DNA of 64,000 nt from an uncultured Chloroflexia bacterium (GTDB lineage Bacteria > Chloroflexota > Limnocylindria > QHBO01). Made by a program: the position numbers and the translations under genes. Location: NCBI GenBank assembly GCA_963771155.1, contig CAVYSK010000007.1, positions 85,128-149,127 of the forward strand. Direction: 5' to 3'. The notes under the pieces were generated by a model. That model was not told the origin of the DNA, did not search any database, and saw only the letters and a program-made list of their open reading frames with translations. Below, in pieces: positions 27,076 to 35,870 of this stretch. Each line of letters begins with the position of its first letter. The stretch's first letter is position 1.

Positions 27076-27483
27076 ATGTCGCTTACCCCCCGCCCCGTGC
27101 CGCTGTCCGCGCCCCGGGTGGTGATCGTCGATGCCGATCGGCGCGTGCAGCAGAGCCTGTCCGACCTGCTCGGCCTGACCGGGGAGGTCGCCGTCGTGGG
27201 GCATGCCGGCGACGTGCGTTCCGCGCTCGAGGAGGTGGAACGCGCCCGTCCCGACGTCGTGCTGGTGGACCCGCGCCTGCCCGACATCGAGGCCGGCCTG
27301 GCGCTGATCACCGGCATGTCTCGCGCGCGGCCGGACCTGCGGATCGTGCTGACGGGCTGGAGCGACACCGAGGGCCATATGCAGCCGGGGGTCGCGGAAT
27401 CGTGTTACGTGAGCAAGGGCTCCTCGCCGGAGGACTTCGTGAGCGCCATCGTCGACGCCTGCGGAAGCCGGGTGGCGGGCTGA
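27076..27483 (+). CDS. Stand-alone receiver (REC) domain response regulator
   Basis: 135 aa: VVIVDADRR, phospho-acceptor context VVLVDPRLPD, ..IVLTGW.., ..YVSKGS... No output domain. Confidence 0.8.
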   Translation: MSLTPRPVPLSAPRVVIVDADRRVQQSLSDLLGLTGEVAVVGHAGDVRSALEEVERARPDVVLVDPRLPDIEAGLALITGMSRARPDLRIVLTGWSDTEGHMQPGVAESCYVSKGSSPEDFVSAIVDACGSRVAG

Positions 27484-27484
27484 G

Positions 27485-28549
27485 CTAGAGCTCCATCGCC
27501 GCTCGGACGGATCCGAGGTCGGGCGAAATCGGCGTCAGGGTTCCCTCCTCGGCCTGGACCGCATCGGGATCCTTCAGCCCGTGCCCGGTCAGGACACAGA
27601 CCACCGTCTCGCCTTCGCCGATGCGCCCCTCCGCGGCCAGCCGTCCCACACCGGCCACCCCAGCCGCCGACGCCGGCTCACAGAACACGCCCGCGAGCTG
27701 CGCGATCATCCGCTGCGTGGCGAGGATCTCCTCGTCGGTGACCGACTCGATCAGGCCGCCCGACTCGTCCCGCGCTACCACCGCGCCCTCCCACGACGCC
27801 GGATTGCCGATCCGGATCGCGGTGGCCACGGTCTCCGGCGCCTCCACCGGCTCTCCGCGCACGATCGGCGCGGCACCCTCGGCCTGGAACCCGAGCATGC
27901 GCGGAAGGGCGCCGTTCGGCGTCCGTCCGGCATCGGCGTAGCCGCGGAATGCGCGCCAGTAGGCGGTGATGTTGCCGGCGTTGCCGACCGGCAGGGCGAG
28001 CGCATCCGGCGCGCGTCCCAGCACGTCGACGATCTCCCAGGCGGCCGTCTGCTGACCCTCAAGCCGGTCGGGGTTGATCGAGTTGACGACCACGGCGGCT
28101 CCCTCGTCACCCAGCCGGCGCACGGCCTCGAGGGCGGCGTCGAAGTTGCCGTCGACCATCACCAGCCGCGCCCCCGCCGCCAGTGCCTGGGCCAGCTTCC
28201 CGCGCGCTACCTTGCCGGCGGGCAGGATCACGTGGCACGGCAGGCCCGCCGCCGCCGCGTACGCCGCCGCCGACGCCGAGGTGTTTCCGGTGGACGCGCA
28301 CACCACCGCCGCGGCGCCGGCCGACACAGCTCGGTTGACGGCCAGCACCATCCCGCGGTCCTTGAAGCTGCCCGTTGGATTGGCGCCTTCGACCTTCAGG
28401 TGGAGGTTCCGCAGGCCGAGCTCAGCGCCCAGCCGCCGCGCGTGGATCAGCGGCGTCGCGCCCTCGCCAAGCGTGACCGGAAAGGTCTCGCCATCGCGGG
28501 CCAGCAGGTCGCGGTAGCGCTCGAGCAGCGGGGGTGTGGCGTCGGTCAC
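27485..28549 (-). CDS. thrC: Threonine synthase
   Basis: PLP-lysine motif NPTGSFKDRGM. 354 aa. GTG start. Confidence 0.92.
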   Translation of the reverse strand: MTDATPPLLERYRDLLARDGETFPVTLGEGATPLIHARRLGAELGLRNLHLKVEGANPTGSFKDRGMVLAVNRAVSAGAAAVVCASTGNTSASAAAYAAAAGLPCHVILPAGKVARGKLAQALAAGARLVMVDGNFDAALEAVRRLGDEGAAVVVNSINPDRLEGQQTAAWEIVDVLGRAPDALALPVGNAGNITAYWRAFRGYADAGRTPNGALPRMLGFQAEGAAPIVRGEPVEAPETVATAIRIGNPASWEGAVVARDESGGLIESVTDEEILATQRMIAQLAGVFCEPASAAGVAGVGRLAAEGRIGEGETVVCVLTGHGLKDPDAVQAEEGTLTPISPDLGSVRAAMEL

Positions 28550-28573
28550 GCCGGCGAGTATAGGAGGACGCCG

Positions 28574-28966
28574 TCACGCAGCCGCCAGGCGCCTCGAGAA
28601 TGCCGCCACGGCCATGAGGGCTCCGCCCACGTACACCCCGGCGAGGTGGTACACCGTGGCGGTCAGCCCGAGGTAGGTCGACTCGGGTGGCGGCGGTGGA
28701 TAGCTGCACGCGCACAGGGCCTGGAACCAGAGCAGCAGGACACCGATCCACCCTGCAGCTCCGAGCCACAGCACACCGACGCCGCGCGCCAGAAGCCGGC
28801 GCTGGCCGCTGTATGGCTCGTGGACCGCCCACGCGCCGATCCCGCCGAGGAACGTGAGGCCGATGAAGAATGGGACGAGGTCGGCGTCGCCGTCGAGGCT
28901 CGAGATGACTCCGGCGAGCCCGGCCAGCGCGGATGCGCCGAGGGCCACCGCGCTTCGCGTCGGCAT
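28574..28966 (-). CDS. Hypothetical 4-TM membrane protein
   Basis: 130 aa with hydrophobic helices. 24 nt upstream of thrC on the same strand. Confidence 0.55.
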   Translation of the reverse strand: MPTRSAVALGASALAGLAGVISSLDGDADLVPFFIGLTFLGGIGAWAVHEPYSGQRRLLARGVGVLWLGAAGWIGVLLLWFQALCACSYPPPPPESTYLGLTATVYHLAGVYVGGALMAVAAFSRRLAAA

Positions 28967-28991
28967 CGATCCATCCCTCCGTGCGACGAGC

Positions 28992-31900
28992 CTACCGCTC
29001 GGTCAGCGCCTCCCGAACGATGCGCGCCTGCTCGACGAGGTGGGCGGCGGGGTATCCCTCCGCCGGTCGCGAGCGTTCGGGTCGGCTGATGTCGCCGAGC
29101 GGGATCTTGTACGGCACAAGGTGCCGGATGCGGGGCAGAACGAACTTCCGCGCGCCCATGTTCCGCGGCTCCTCCTGGACCCAGGCGAACGAGGCGATCT
29201 TCGGGTACCGGTCCAGCACCTCCTGCAGGTCCTCGCTGGGGAAGGGGTAGAGACGCTCGACGCGGACGATCGCGACGTCCGAGGCACCCGCGAACTGCTC
29301 GGAGCCGATGAGGTCGTAGTAGATCTTGCCGCTGCACAACAACAGGCGGCGGACCTTCGCGGCGCGGCGCGCATCGGTCTCAAAGCGAGGATCGTCGATC
29401 ACCGAGCGGAACCGGCCGGTGGCCAGCTCCGACGGTTGGGAGGCCGCCTGGGGGAGGCGGAGCAGTGACTTCGGCGTCATCACCACCATGGGCCGGGCGT
29501 CCGGATGGAGGGCCTGGCGACGCAGGAGGTGGAAGTACTGCGCCGGCGTCGTCGGGTACAGGACGCGGATGTTGCCCTCCGCGCCGAGCGCCAGGAAGCG
29601 CTCCAGGCGTGCGGAGGAATGCTCCGGACCGGACCCCTCGTAGCCATGGGGCAGCAGCAGCGTGAGGCGGGAGGTCTGCCGCCACTTCGCCAGCCCGGCG
29701 ATGATGAACTGGTCGATGATGATCTCGGCGCCGTTCACGAAGTCCCCGTACTGCGCCTCCCACAGCACCAGGGACTCGGGCGCGGTGACGGCGTAGCCGT
29801 ACTCGAAGCCGAGTGCCGCGTACTCGGACAACGGCGAGTTGTGGACCTCGAAGGCGGCCTGCGACCCGGGCAGGTGCTGCAGCGGAACGTGTCGCTCCCC
29901 GTTCGCCGCGTCCCACAGCACGGCGTGCCGCTGGCTGAACGTCCCACGGGCCGTGTCCTGCCCCGTCAGCCGAACCGGCGTCCCGTCGGCCAGCAGGGTG
30001 CCGAAGGCGAGCAGCTCGGCATGGCCCCAGTCGACCTTCGGATCTCCGTCGTCGGCGAGCGCCGCCGCTCGGCGCTCGAGCTGTTTCGCCAGCTTGGGAT
30101 GCACGGTGAACCGATCCGGCACCGCGCCCATGGCGGCGTTGAGCTCCCGCAGCCGATCCAGCGCTACGGCCGTCTCCGGCTCGGCAGCCTCCTCCTGCGG
30201 GATCGCCTCCGAGCCTCGGTCGAGCTCGCCCTCCGGCTCGTCGGCCCCCTTGCGGATGGCAGCCTGCACCGCGGCCAGCTCCTTCAACGCGGCCTTGACC
30301 TTGGCCTCGGCATCGTCCTTCGATATCACGCCGGCCTGCACCAGCTGGGCCTGGTAGAGCTCGCGGACGCTCGGGTGCTCGGCGATGTTCGCGTACATCG
30401 CCGGTTGGCTGTAGGCCGGCTCGTCCCCCTCGTTGTGCCCGAATCGCCGGTAGCCGACGAGATCGATGACCACGTCGTGGCCGAAGGTCTGGCGGTACAT
30501 CATCGCGAGCCGGGCGGCGGCAAGGCAGGCCTCGGGATCGTCGGCGTTGACGTGCACGATCGGCGCGTCGAAGCCCTTGGCCAGGTCGGACGAGTAGTCG
30601 GTCGAGCGTCCCTCGCGCGGCCCGGTCGTGAAGCCGACCTGGTTGTTTGCGATGAGGTGGACGGTCCCGCCGGTCGCGTAGCCGTCCAGGCGCGCGAGAT
30701 TGAGCGTCTCGGCCACGACGCCCTGCGCGGCGAAGGCGGCGTCGCCGTGGATCAGGACCGGCAGGGCAACCGTGGCGTCCACGGCGGCCACCGCCGTCGT
30801 CCGGTCCGTCTGGTCCGCTCGCGTCCGGCCCTCGATGACCGGGTCGACGGCCTCGAGGTGGCTGGGATTCGGCGAGAGCACGACGGTGACGACCTCGTCG
30901 TCGGCGGTCAGGAATCCACCCTCGGCGCCGAGGTGATACTTCACGTCGTCCGATCCGCCCTTTGGCGCGGTCGGTGCCTCGACCCCGGCCCGACCCGCCT
31001 CGAACTCGGCAAGGATGGCGTCGTAGCTCACCCCCACCACATGGGCCAGCACGTTCAGGCGCCCGCGGTGCGCCATGCCGATGAGCACCTTGCGCGCCCC
31101 CTGGTCGGCCGCGTCCGACAGGACCACGTCGAGCATTGGGACCATCGTGTCAAGGCCCTCGATGCTGAACCGCTTCTGCCCCAGGTAGGCGCGGTGCAGA
31201 AAGCGCTCGAGCGACTCGATGCTGGTGAGCCGCTCGAGGAGGGCGAGCTGGTCCTCCGGCTCCATCGGCCGCCGGTGCTCTCCTGACTCGATGACCTGGC
31301 GGAGCCATACGCGCTCCTCATGCGAGCCGATGTGCTCGACCTCGTAGGCGATCGTGCCGCTATAGGTCTCCTTGAGGTACGGGAGCGCCTCGGCCAGGGT
31401 CGCGCCCGGAACGTAGATGCGCAGCAGCTCGGCAGGGACCTGGGCCATCAGCTCCGGGGTCAGGCCAAGCGGACGGGGGTCGAGGGCAGGATCCCCGGGC
31501 GGCTCCGAGCCGAGCGGGTCGAGCTGCGCCGCAAGGTGCCCGAAGTGCCGGTACGCCTTGACCAGCGCCATCGCGGCGGCGACGGCCTTCAATGGCTCGT
31601 CGGAGGCAGCGGACGGAACGGAAGAGTCGGGAGGTGGCGCCCCGACCGCTTCCGCGGGGGACGGCACCGGCTCGTCCGTGGTCACGTCGGCGGCGCGAGC
31701 GCCGATGGCCGCGAATGCATCGGCGTAGAAGTCGTCCTCGCCGGACAGCAGCCGCTCGATGCGCTGCAGGAAGAGGCCGGATTCGGCGCCCTGGATGATG
31801 CGGTGGTCATAGGTCGACGTGATCGTCATTCGACGCGCGCCGCCCACGTCGCGGATCGTGCCCGTTGCCACGATCGTGCCCTGGTTCGGCATCAGGCGCG

Positions 31901-32657
31901 GAACGCTGGCGGTCGTGCCCAGGGTTCCCGGATTGGTGAGCGTGATGGTGGCCCCAGCGAAATCATCGGGCGAGGCCTTGCCCGTTCGGACCTTCTCGAC
32001 CAGCTCTTCGTAGCGGGCATGGAAGCCTGCGAAGTCCATCCCATCGGCCGCCTTGATGACCGGCACCAGGAGGAAGCGGGTGCCGTCGTTGCGCTCGACG
32101 TCGACCGCAAGGCCGAGGTTGATGGCGCCAGGATCCACGCGGTACGCCTGCCCGTCGATCTCGCCGAACGCATGGCTCATCGAGCGCTGCTCGGTGGCGG
32201 CCCGCACGATCGCCCAGCCGATGAGGTGCGTGAAGCTCACCTTGCGCGGCGCGATCTGACGGTTCAGCTCCTTGCGACGCGCCTCCATCGTGGCCACGTC
32301 GACCTCCCGGAAGCTCGTCGCGGTCGGCACGGCCAGGCTGGCCGTCATGTTCTGCGCCAGCCGTGCGGCGGGGCCCTTGATCGGGGTCGCGCCTTCCGGG
32401 ACCGATGCGGCCGGAGGCGCCTCCTCGGCCGTCGCCTGGGTCGGAGCCGGCATGTCCGGTGCCTGGGCGCTGCCGTTCCCGCCACCGTCGCTCGAGGCTG
32501 GGGCGCTGACCGGCTCGAACCCCCCGGCACCCGAGTCGAACAGGGAGCGCCACTCGGGGTCGACGCTGGCCGGATCGCGCCGGTACTGCTCGTACAGGTC
32601 GGCGACGTACCCGGCGTTGACGAGGTTCAGCGCGTCCGTGGGGTCGTTGGAGGGCAT
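28992..32657 (-). CDS. kgd: Multifunctional 2-oxoglutarate dehydrogenase/decarboxylase E1 with fused E2-like acyltransferase domain (Kgd/OdhA type)
   Basis: N-terminus ..YVADLYEQYRRDPASVDPEWRSLF... Internal acyltransferase motif DHRIIQGAESG. ThDP-dependent E1o body (..GMAHRGRLNVLAHV.., ..HGDAAFAAQGVV..). 1221 aa. GAGGA lies 4 nt upstream of the ATG. Confidence 0.93.
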   Translation of the reverse strand: MPSNDPTDALNLVNAGYVADLYEQYRRDPASVDPEWRSLFDSGAGGFEPVSAPASSDGGGNGSAQAPDMPAPTQATAEEAPPAASVPEGATPIKGPAARLAQNMTASLAVPTATSFREVDVATMEARRKELNRQIAPRKVSFTHLIGWAIVRAATEQRSMSHAFGEIDGQAYRVDPGAINLGLAVDVERNDGTRFLLVPVIKAADGMDFAGFHARYEELVEKVRTGKASPDDFAGATITLTNPGTLGTTASVPRLMPNQGTIVATGTIRDVGGARRMTITSTYDHRIIQGAESGLFLQRIERLLSGEDDFYADAFAAIGARAADVTTDEPVPSPAEAVGAPPPDSSVPSAASDEPLKAVAAAMALVKAYRHFGHLAAQLDPLGSEPPGDPALDPRPLGLTPELMAQVPAELLRIYVPGATLAEALPYLKETYSGTIAYEVEHIGSHEERVWLRQVIESGEHRRPMEPEDQLALLERLTSIESLERFLHRAYLGQKRFSIEGLDTMVPMLDVVLSDAADQGARKVLIGMAHRGRLNVLAHVVGVSYDAILAEFEAGRAGVEAPTAPKGGSDDVKYHLGAEGGFLTADDEVVTVVLSPNPSHLEAVDPVIEGRTRADQTDRTTAVAAVDATVALPVLIHGDAAFAAQGVVAETLNLARLDGYATGGTVHLIANNQVGFTTGPREGRSTDYSSDLAKGFDAPIVHVNADDPEACLAAARLAMMYRQTFGHDVVIDLVGYRRFGHNEGDEPAYSQPAMYANIAEHPSVRELYQAQLVQAGVISKDDAEAKVKAALKELAAVQAAIRKGADEPEGELDRGSEAIPQEEAAEPETAVALDRLRELNAAMGAVPDRFTVHPKLAKQLERRAAALADDGDPKVDWGHAELLAFGTLLADGTPVRLTGQDTARGTFSQRHAVLWDAANGERHVPLQHLPGSQAAFEVHNSPLSEYAALGFEYGYAVTAPESLVLWEAQYGDFVNGAEIIIDQFIIAGLAKWRQTSRLTLLLPHGYEGSGPEHSSARLERFLALGAEGNIRVLYPTTPAQYFHLLRRQALHPDARPMVVMTPKSLLRLPQAASQPSELATGRFRSVIDDPRFETDARRAAKVRRLLLCSGKIYYDLIGSEQFAGASDVAIVRVERLYPFPSEDLQEVLDRYPKIASFAWVQEEPRNMGARKFVLPRIRHLVPYKIPLGDISRPERSRPAEGYPAAHLVEQARIVREALTER

Positions 32658-32723
32658 GTCGTCCTCAAGGATACGGCCGCGCTACCGGCGCTGCGCACGC
32701 TGGCCGTCCGAGTGGCATCGACG

Positions 32724-33851
32724 TCAGTCGGACCGGTTCGCCTCTTGCTGGCGCTGCTGCTCTTCTCGCTCGCGCTGCTCCAGTTCGAGCTCCTTGTCCG
32801 CCCACGGCTGCTCCGACGGCGCGTACAGGTGCGTGCCGAAGTAGCACGCGATGTCGGTGAGCAGCGAGGCGTCCCTGGTGAGGAACAGGTACCGCTTGCG
32901 GCGGCCGCCGTATCCGGTGGCGACGAGCGGCACGCGGAAATCGATGTGGAAGCCGTTGGCGCGCGCGATGTACGTCAGCGCTTCGGGCGTGTAGTACGAG
33001 GTGTGTCCGGGGATGAAGATGTACTTGTGGGTCTCCAGGTCGCTGCCGTCGTAGATGTTGGTTGAGCAGACCAGCAACCCGCCCTCGGCCACGAACCGGA
33101 ACAGCGCGGGGAAGTCGTCACTCGGGCTGAGGAAATGCTCGACGACCTCGCTGGCGATGACCAGGTCGAACTGCCTGCTCGCCGGCTGGTTGATGTCGAT
33201 GAACTCGGCGTCGTCGCGCAGCTTCATCACGTCGGCGATGGCGACGCTCTTAACCTGCTTGAGCGCGCCGATGTGCCTGTTGTCAAGGCTGCGCCCTGCG
33301 CCGAAGACGAGGACGCTGAGCCCCGACCGCCCCATGATCTGAGCGGCCATCTTCGACATGTGGAACTCGCGTCCCATGCGGTCCTCGGTGCCCACCCGCG
33401 CGCGCATCGGCAGCTTCTCCAACTTCTTGAACCTGCGGTAGTCGTGGGTGTTGTCGGGGTTCCCGACGTGACCGCAACCACGGCAGATCCTGACCTCGCA
33501 GGCCGTGGTCGGGTCCTTGGTGTACCTGATCGTCATCAGCCTCGGCCGCGCTTCCCCGCAGACGAGGCAGTGCTCGCCCTCTGCGTACGTCTCGTTGTGC
33601 GGCTGCAGCCTGCGGCGTATGGCGTGGACGTATTGCGGGCGCGTGGATGGGCGGGCAAGGCCGGCGGCGACACGTGCGACGCGTCGCACCTTGCCCTTCA
33701 GAGTTGCCCGGCCTAGAGGTCGGCGCACCGGAAATACCGTAACACGGTGTCCGCGCCACTCCGTCGTCGAGCTCGGCCGGATCGTGCGCGGAGGAGCCGT
33801 CACGTCACCGTCCTGCTGCCGGGCCAGCTTACGTCCCTTCAGGCTCCTCAC
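32724..33851 (-). CDS. Class I SAM-dependent methyltransferase with N-terminal CxxC...CxxC zinc ribbon
   Basis: CLVCGE...CRGCGH ribbon, motif I VLVFGAGRS, DLVIASEVVEHF. Very basic N-terminal region of about 100 aa (start uncertain) and a Glu/Gln-rich C-tail (ELELEQREREEQQRQQE). Visibly lower GC than flanking genes. Confidence 0.7.
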   Translation of the reverse strand: MRSLKGRKLARQQDGDVTAPPRTIRPSSTTEWRGHRVTVFPVRRPLGRATLKGKVRRVARVAAGLARPSTRPQYVHAIRRRLQPHNETYAEGEHCLVCGEARPRLMTIRYTKDPTTACEVRICRGCGHVGNPDNTHDYRRFKKLEKLPMRARVGTEDRMGREFHMSKMAAQIMGRSGLSVLVFGAGRSLDNRHIGALKQVKSVAIADVMKLRDDAEFIDINQPASRQFDLVIASEVVEHFLSPSDDFPALFRFVAEGGLLVCSTNIYDGSDLETHKYIFIPGHTSYYTPEALTYIARANGFHIDFRVPLVATGYGGRRKRYLFLTRDASLLTDIACYFGTHLYAPSEQPWADKELELEQREREEQQRQQEANRSD

Positions 33852-34428
33852 GGCTCAAGAGGCCGCGGGCCAGGATCACGAGGCCGATCGCGATCACCAC
33901 GACGGGCAGGAGCCAGTCGGGCAGAGGCAGCGGTTCGCCGTTGATGCCGATGACGCCCTCGAAGAACAGGAAGCCGACGGCGAAGATCGCGAGCCCGCCC
34001 AGCAGCCCCCAGGTCCCGTTCCTGATGTCGTTGGCGTCCCCGCTGCGAATGCCCCAGAGCGCCAGCCCCAGGCCGCTGGCGGCGGGACCGACGAGGGCCC
34101 AGGCATACGCCCAGCTCGCCCAGTTCCCGGTCTCGTTCTGATAGAGGAGCACCAAGCCCACCGTCGTGGTGATGGTCCCACCGACGACCAAGCCGCTCTG
34201 GTTGGCGATGACGAGCCCAATGACCAGGATGGCGACGCCGATGGCCACGATGATGAGCGGCCAGCCAAGGTCGCCCAGGCCGATGTCGAGCAGCTGCCCG
34301 GCGAGCAGGACCGCCCCTAAGATGACCAGCACGGCGCCAACGGCCGCGGCCGGCGGTCCCGAAGTCGATGCCGGTGCGTCCGGGTCGGACCCAGCGGGCG
34401 GATCGGGTGGGGTGGTGCTTGCTTCCAT
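33829..34428 (-). CDS. Hypothetical integral membrane protein
   Basis: 199 aa from MEASTTPPDP. Pro/Ala-rich N-terminus followed by 5-6 TM helices. The rest of track ORF 33829..35142 is antisense to pxpA and is rejected. Confidence 0.6.
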   Translation of the reverse strand: MEASTTPPDPPAGSDPDAPASTSGPPAAAVGAVLVILGAVLLAGQLLDIGLGDLGWPLIIVAIGVAILVIGLVIANQSGLVVGGTITTTVGLVLLYQNETGNWASWAYAWALVGPAASGLGLALWGIRSGDANDIRNGTWGLLGGLAIFAVGFLFFEGVIGINGEPLPLPDWLLPVVVIAIGLVILARGLLSREEPEGT

Positions 34429-34467
34429 GCGTCGATCGTACGCTCGCCCGCAAGTGCCGCTCGTACC

Positions 34468-35226
34468 ATGGCGGACGGCATGGATCTGAACGCCGACCTG
34501 GGCGAGTCCTTCGGTCGCTGGACGCTCGGCGACGACGAGCGTCTCGTGGCGCACCTGAGCAGCGCCAACCTGGCATGCGGCTTCCACGCGGGTGACTTCC
34601 GGGTCATGGAGGCGACCGTGAAGCTCTGCCGGAGTGCCGGCGTGGCGGTTGGGGCGCAGCCCGGCTACCCCGACCTGATCGGCTTCGGTCGCCGGCCGAT
34701 GCCCTTCGAGCCGGACGAGGTCGAGTCCCTGGTGCGCTACCAGATCGGCGCGCTCGAGGCGTTCTGCCGTTCCGCCGGTATCGAGATGCAGCACGTCAAG
34801 CCGCACGGTGCCCTGTACAACCAAGCCGCCGTGGATCCGGCGTTGTCCACGGCCATCGCACGCGCCACAGCCGGCTTCAGCAGGGATCTCCTCCTGTTCG
34901 GCCTGGCCTCGTCGGAGCCGATGGCCTCCGCAGCCGCCGATGCCGGCCTGCGCTTCGTGCCGGAGGCCTTCGCCGACCGGCGGTACCTGGCGGATGGCAC
35001 ACTCCAGCCGCGAGCAGAGCCGGGCTCGGTCCTGGCCGATGTCGGTCATGCCGCCGCCCAGGCCGTCGCGATCAGCCGTGGGTCCGTCATCGCCGCCGAC
35101 GGCTCGACGGTCGAGCTTCGCGCCGAGAGCATCTGCTGCCACGGGGACACCCCAGGCGCCGTGGAGATCGCGGCAGCCGTTCGACGGGCCCTGGAGTCTT
35201 CCGGCGTCGCGATCGGTCCACCGTGA
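34468..35226 (+). CDS. pxpA: 5-oxoprolinase subunit A (LamB/YcsF family)
   Basis: MDLNADLGESFG and ANLACGFHAGD signatures. 252 aa. Confidence 0.9.
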   Translation: MADGMDLNADLGESFGRWTLGDDERLVAHLSSANLACGFHAGDFRVMEATVKLCRSAGVAVGAQPGYPDLIGFGRRPMPFEPDEVESLVRYQIGALEAFCRSAGIEMQHVKPHGALYNQAAVDPALSTAIARATAGFSRDLLLFGLASSEPMASAAADAGLRFVPEAFADRRYLADGTLQPRAEPGSVLADVGHAAAQAVAISRGSVIAADGSTVELRAESICCHGDTPGAVEIAAAVRRALESSGVAIGPP

Positions 35227-35870
35227 TCCGGGCCTTCGGCGAAGGCGCGCTGCTGGTCGACACCGCCGGTGCCGGCGAGGCGCAGTCGCTGGCCGCCTCG
35301 CTTCGCGGCCATCCTCCCGCGGGTCTGCGGGCCGTGGTGCCGGGACGGACGACGGTGCTGATCGAGTTCGATCCTCTGATCGTCAAAGCGTCCGAGCTGG
35401 CCGCGTCGCTCGAGCCCATGCCCCACACGACGACCCCCGCCGCCGGTCGCCTGCGCAGGATCCCGGTGGTGTACGACGGCGCGGACCTCGCATCTGTGTC
35501 GGAGCTCGCCGAGCGCGACGAGGACGAGGTGATCGAGCTTCATGCGTCGACCGAGCTGCGCGTGCTCTTCTGCGGCTTCGCGCCCGGATTCGCGTATCTC
35601 GGCGACGTCGCAGCGCCGCTTACCGTCCCGCGGCTACCGACCCCACGGACGAGAACGCCTGCCGGCTCGGTCGCGCTGGCAGACGGGATGAGTGGCATCT
35701 ACCCCGCCGACCTGCCCGGGGGCTGGCGGGTGATCGGACGCACGCCCCTCGTCCTGTTCGACCCACGACGCGACCCGCCTGCGTACCTGGTGCCCGGTGA
35801 CCGGGTTCGGTTCGAGCGGATGGGCGCCGCGGATTGGGATGCGCGCGTCGGGGTCGCGGACGACTGGTGA
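35223..35870 (+). CDS. pxpB: 5-oxoprolinase subunit B (KipI / allophanate hydrolase subunit 1 family)
   Basis: GTGA overlap with pxpA. Contains ..FCGFAPGFAYLG.. and ..GMSGIYPADLPGGWRVIGRTP... Confidence 0.88.
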   Translation: MIRAFGEGALLVDTAGAGEAQSLAASLRGHPPAGLRAVVPGRTTVLIEFDPLIVKASELAASLEPMPHTTTPAAGRLRRIPVVYDGADLASVSELAERDEDEVIELHASTELRVLFCGFAPGFAYLGDVAAPLTVPRLPTPRTRTPAGSVALADGMSGIYPADLPGGWRVIGRTPLVLFDPRRDPPAYLVPGDRVRFERMGAADWDARVGVADDW

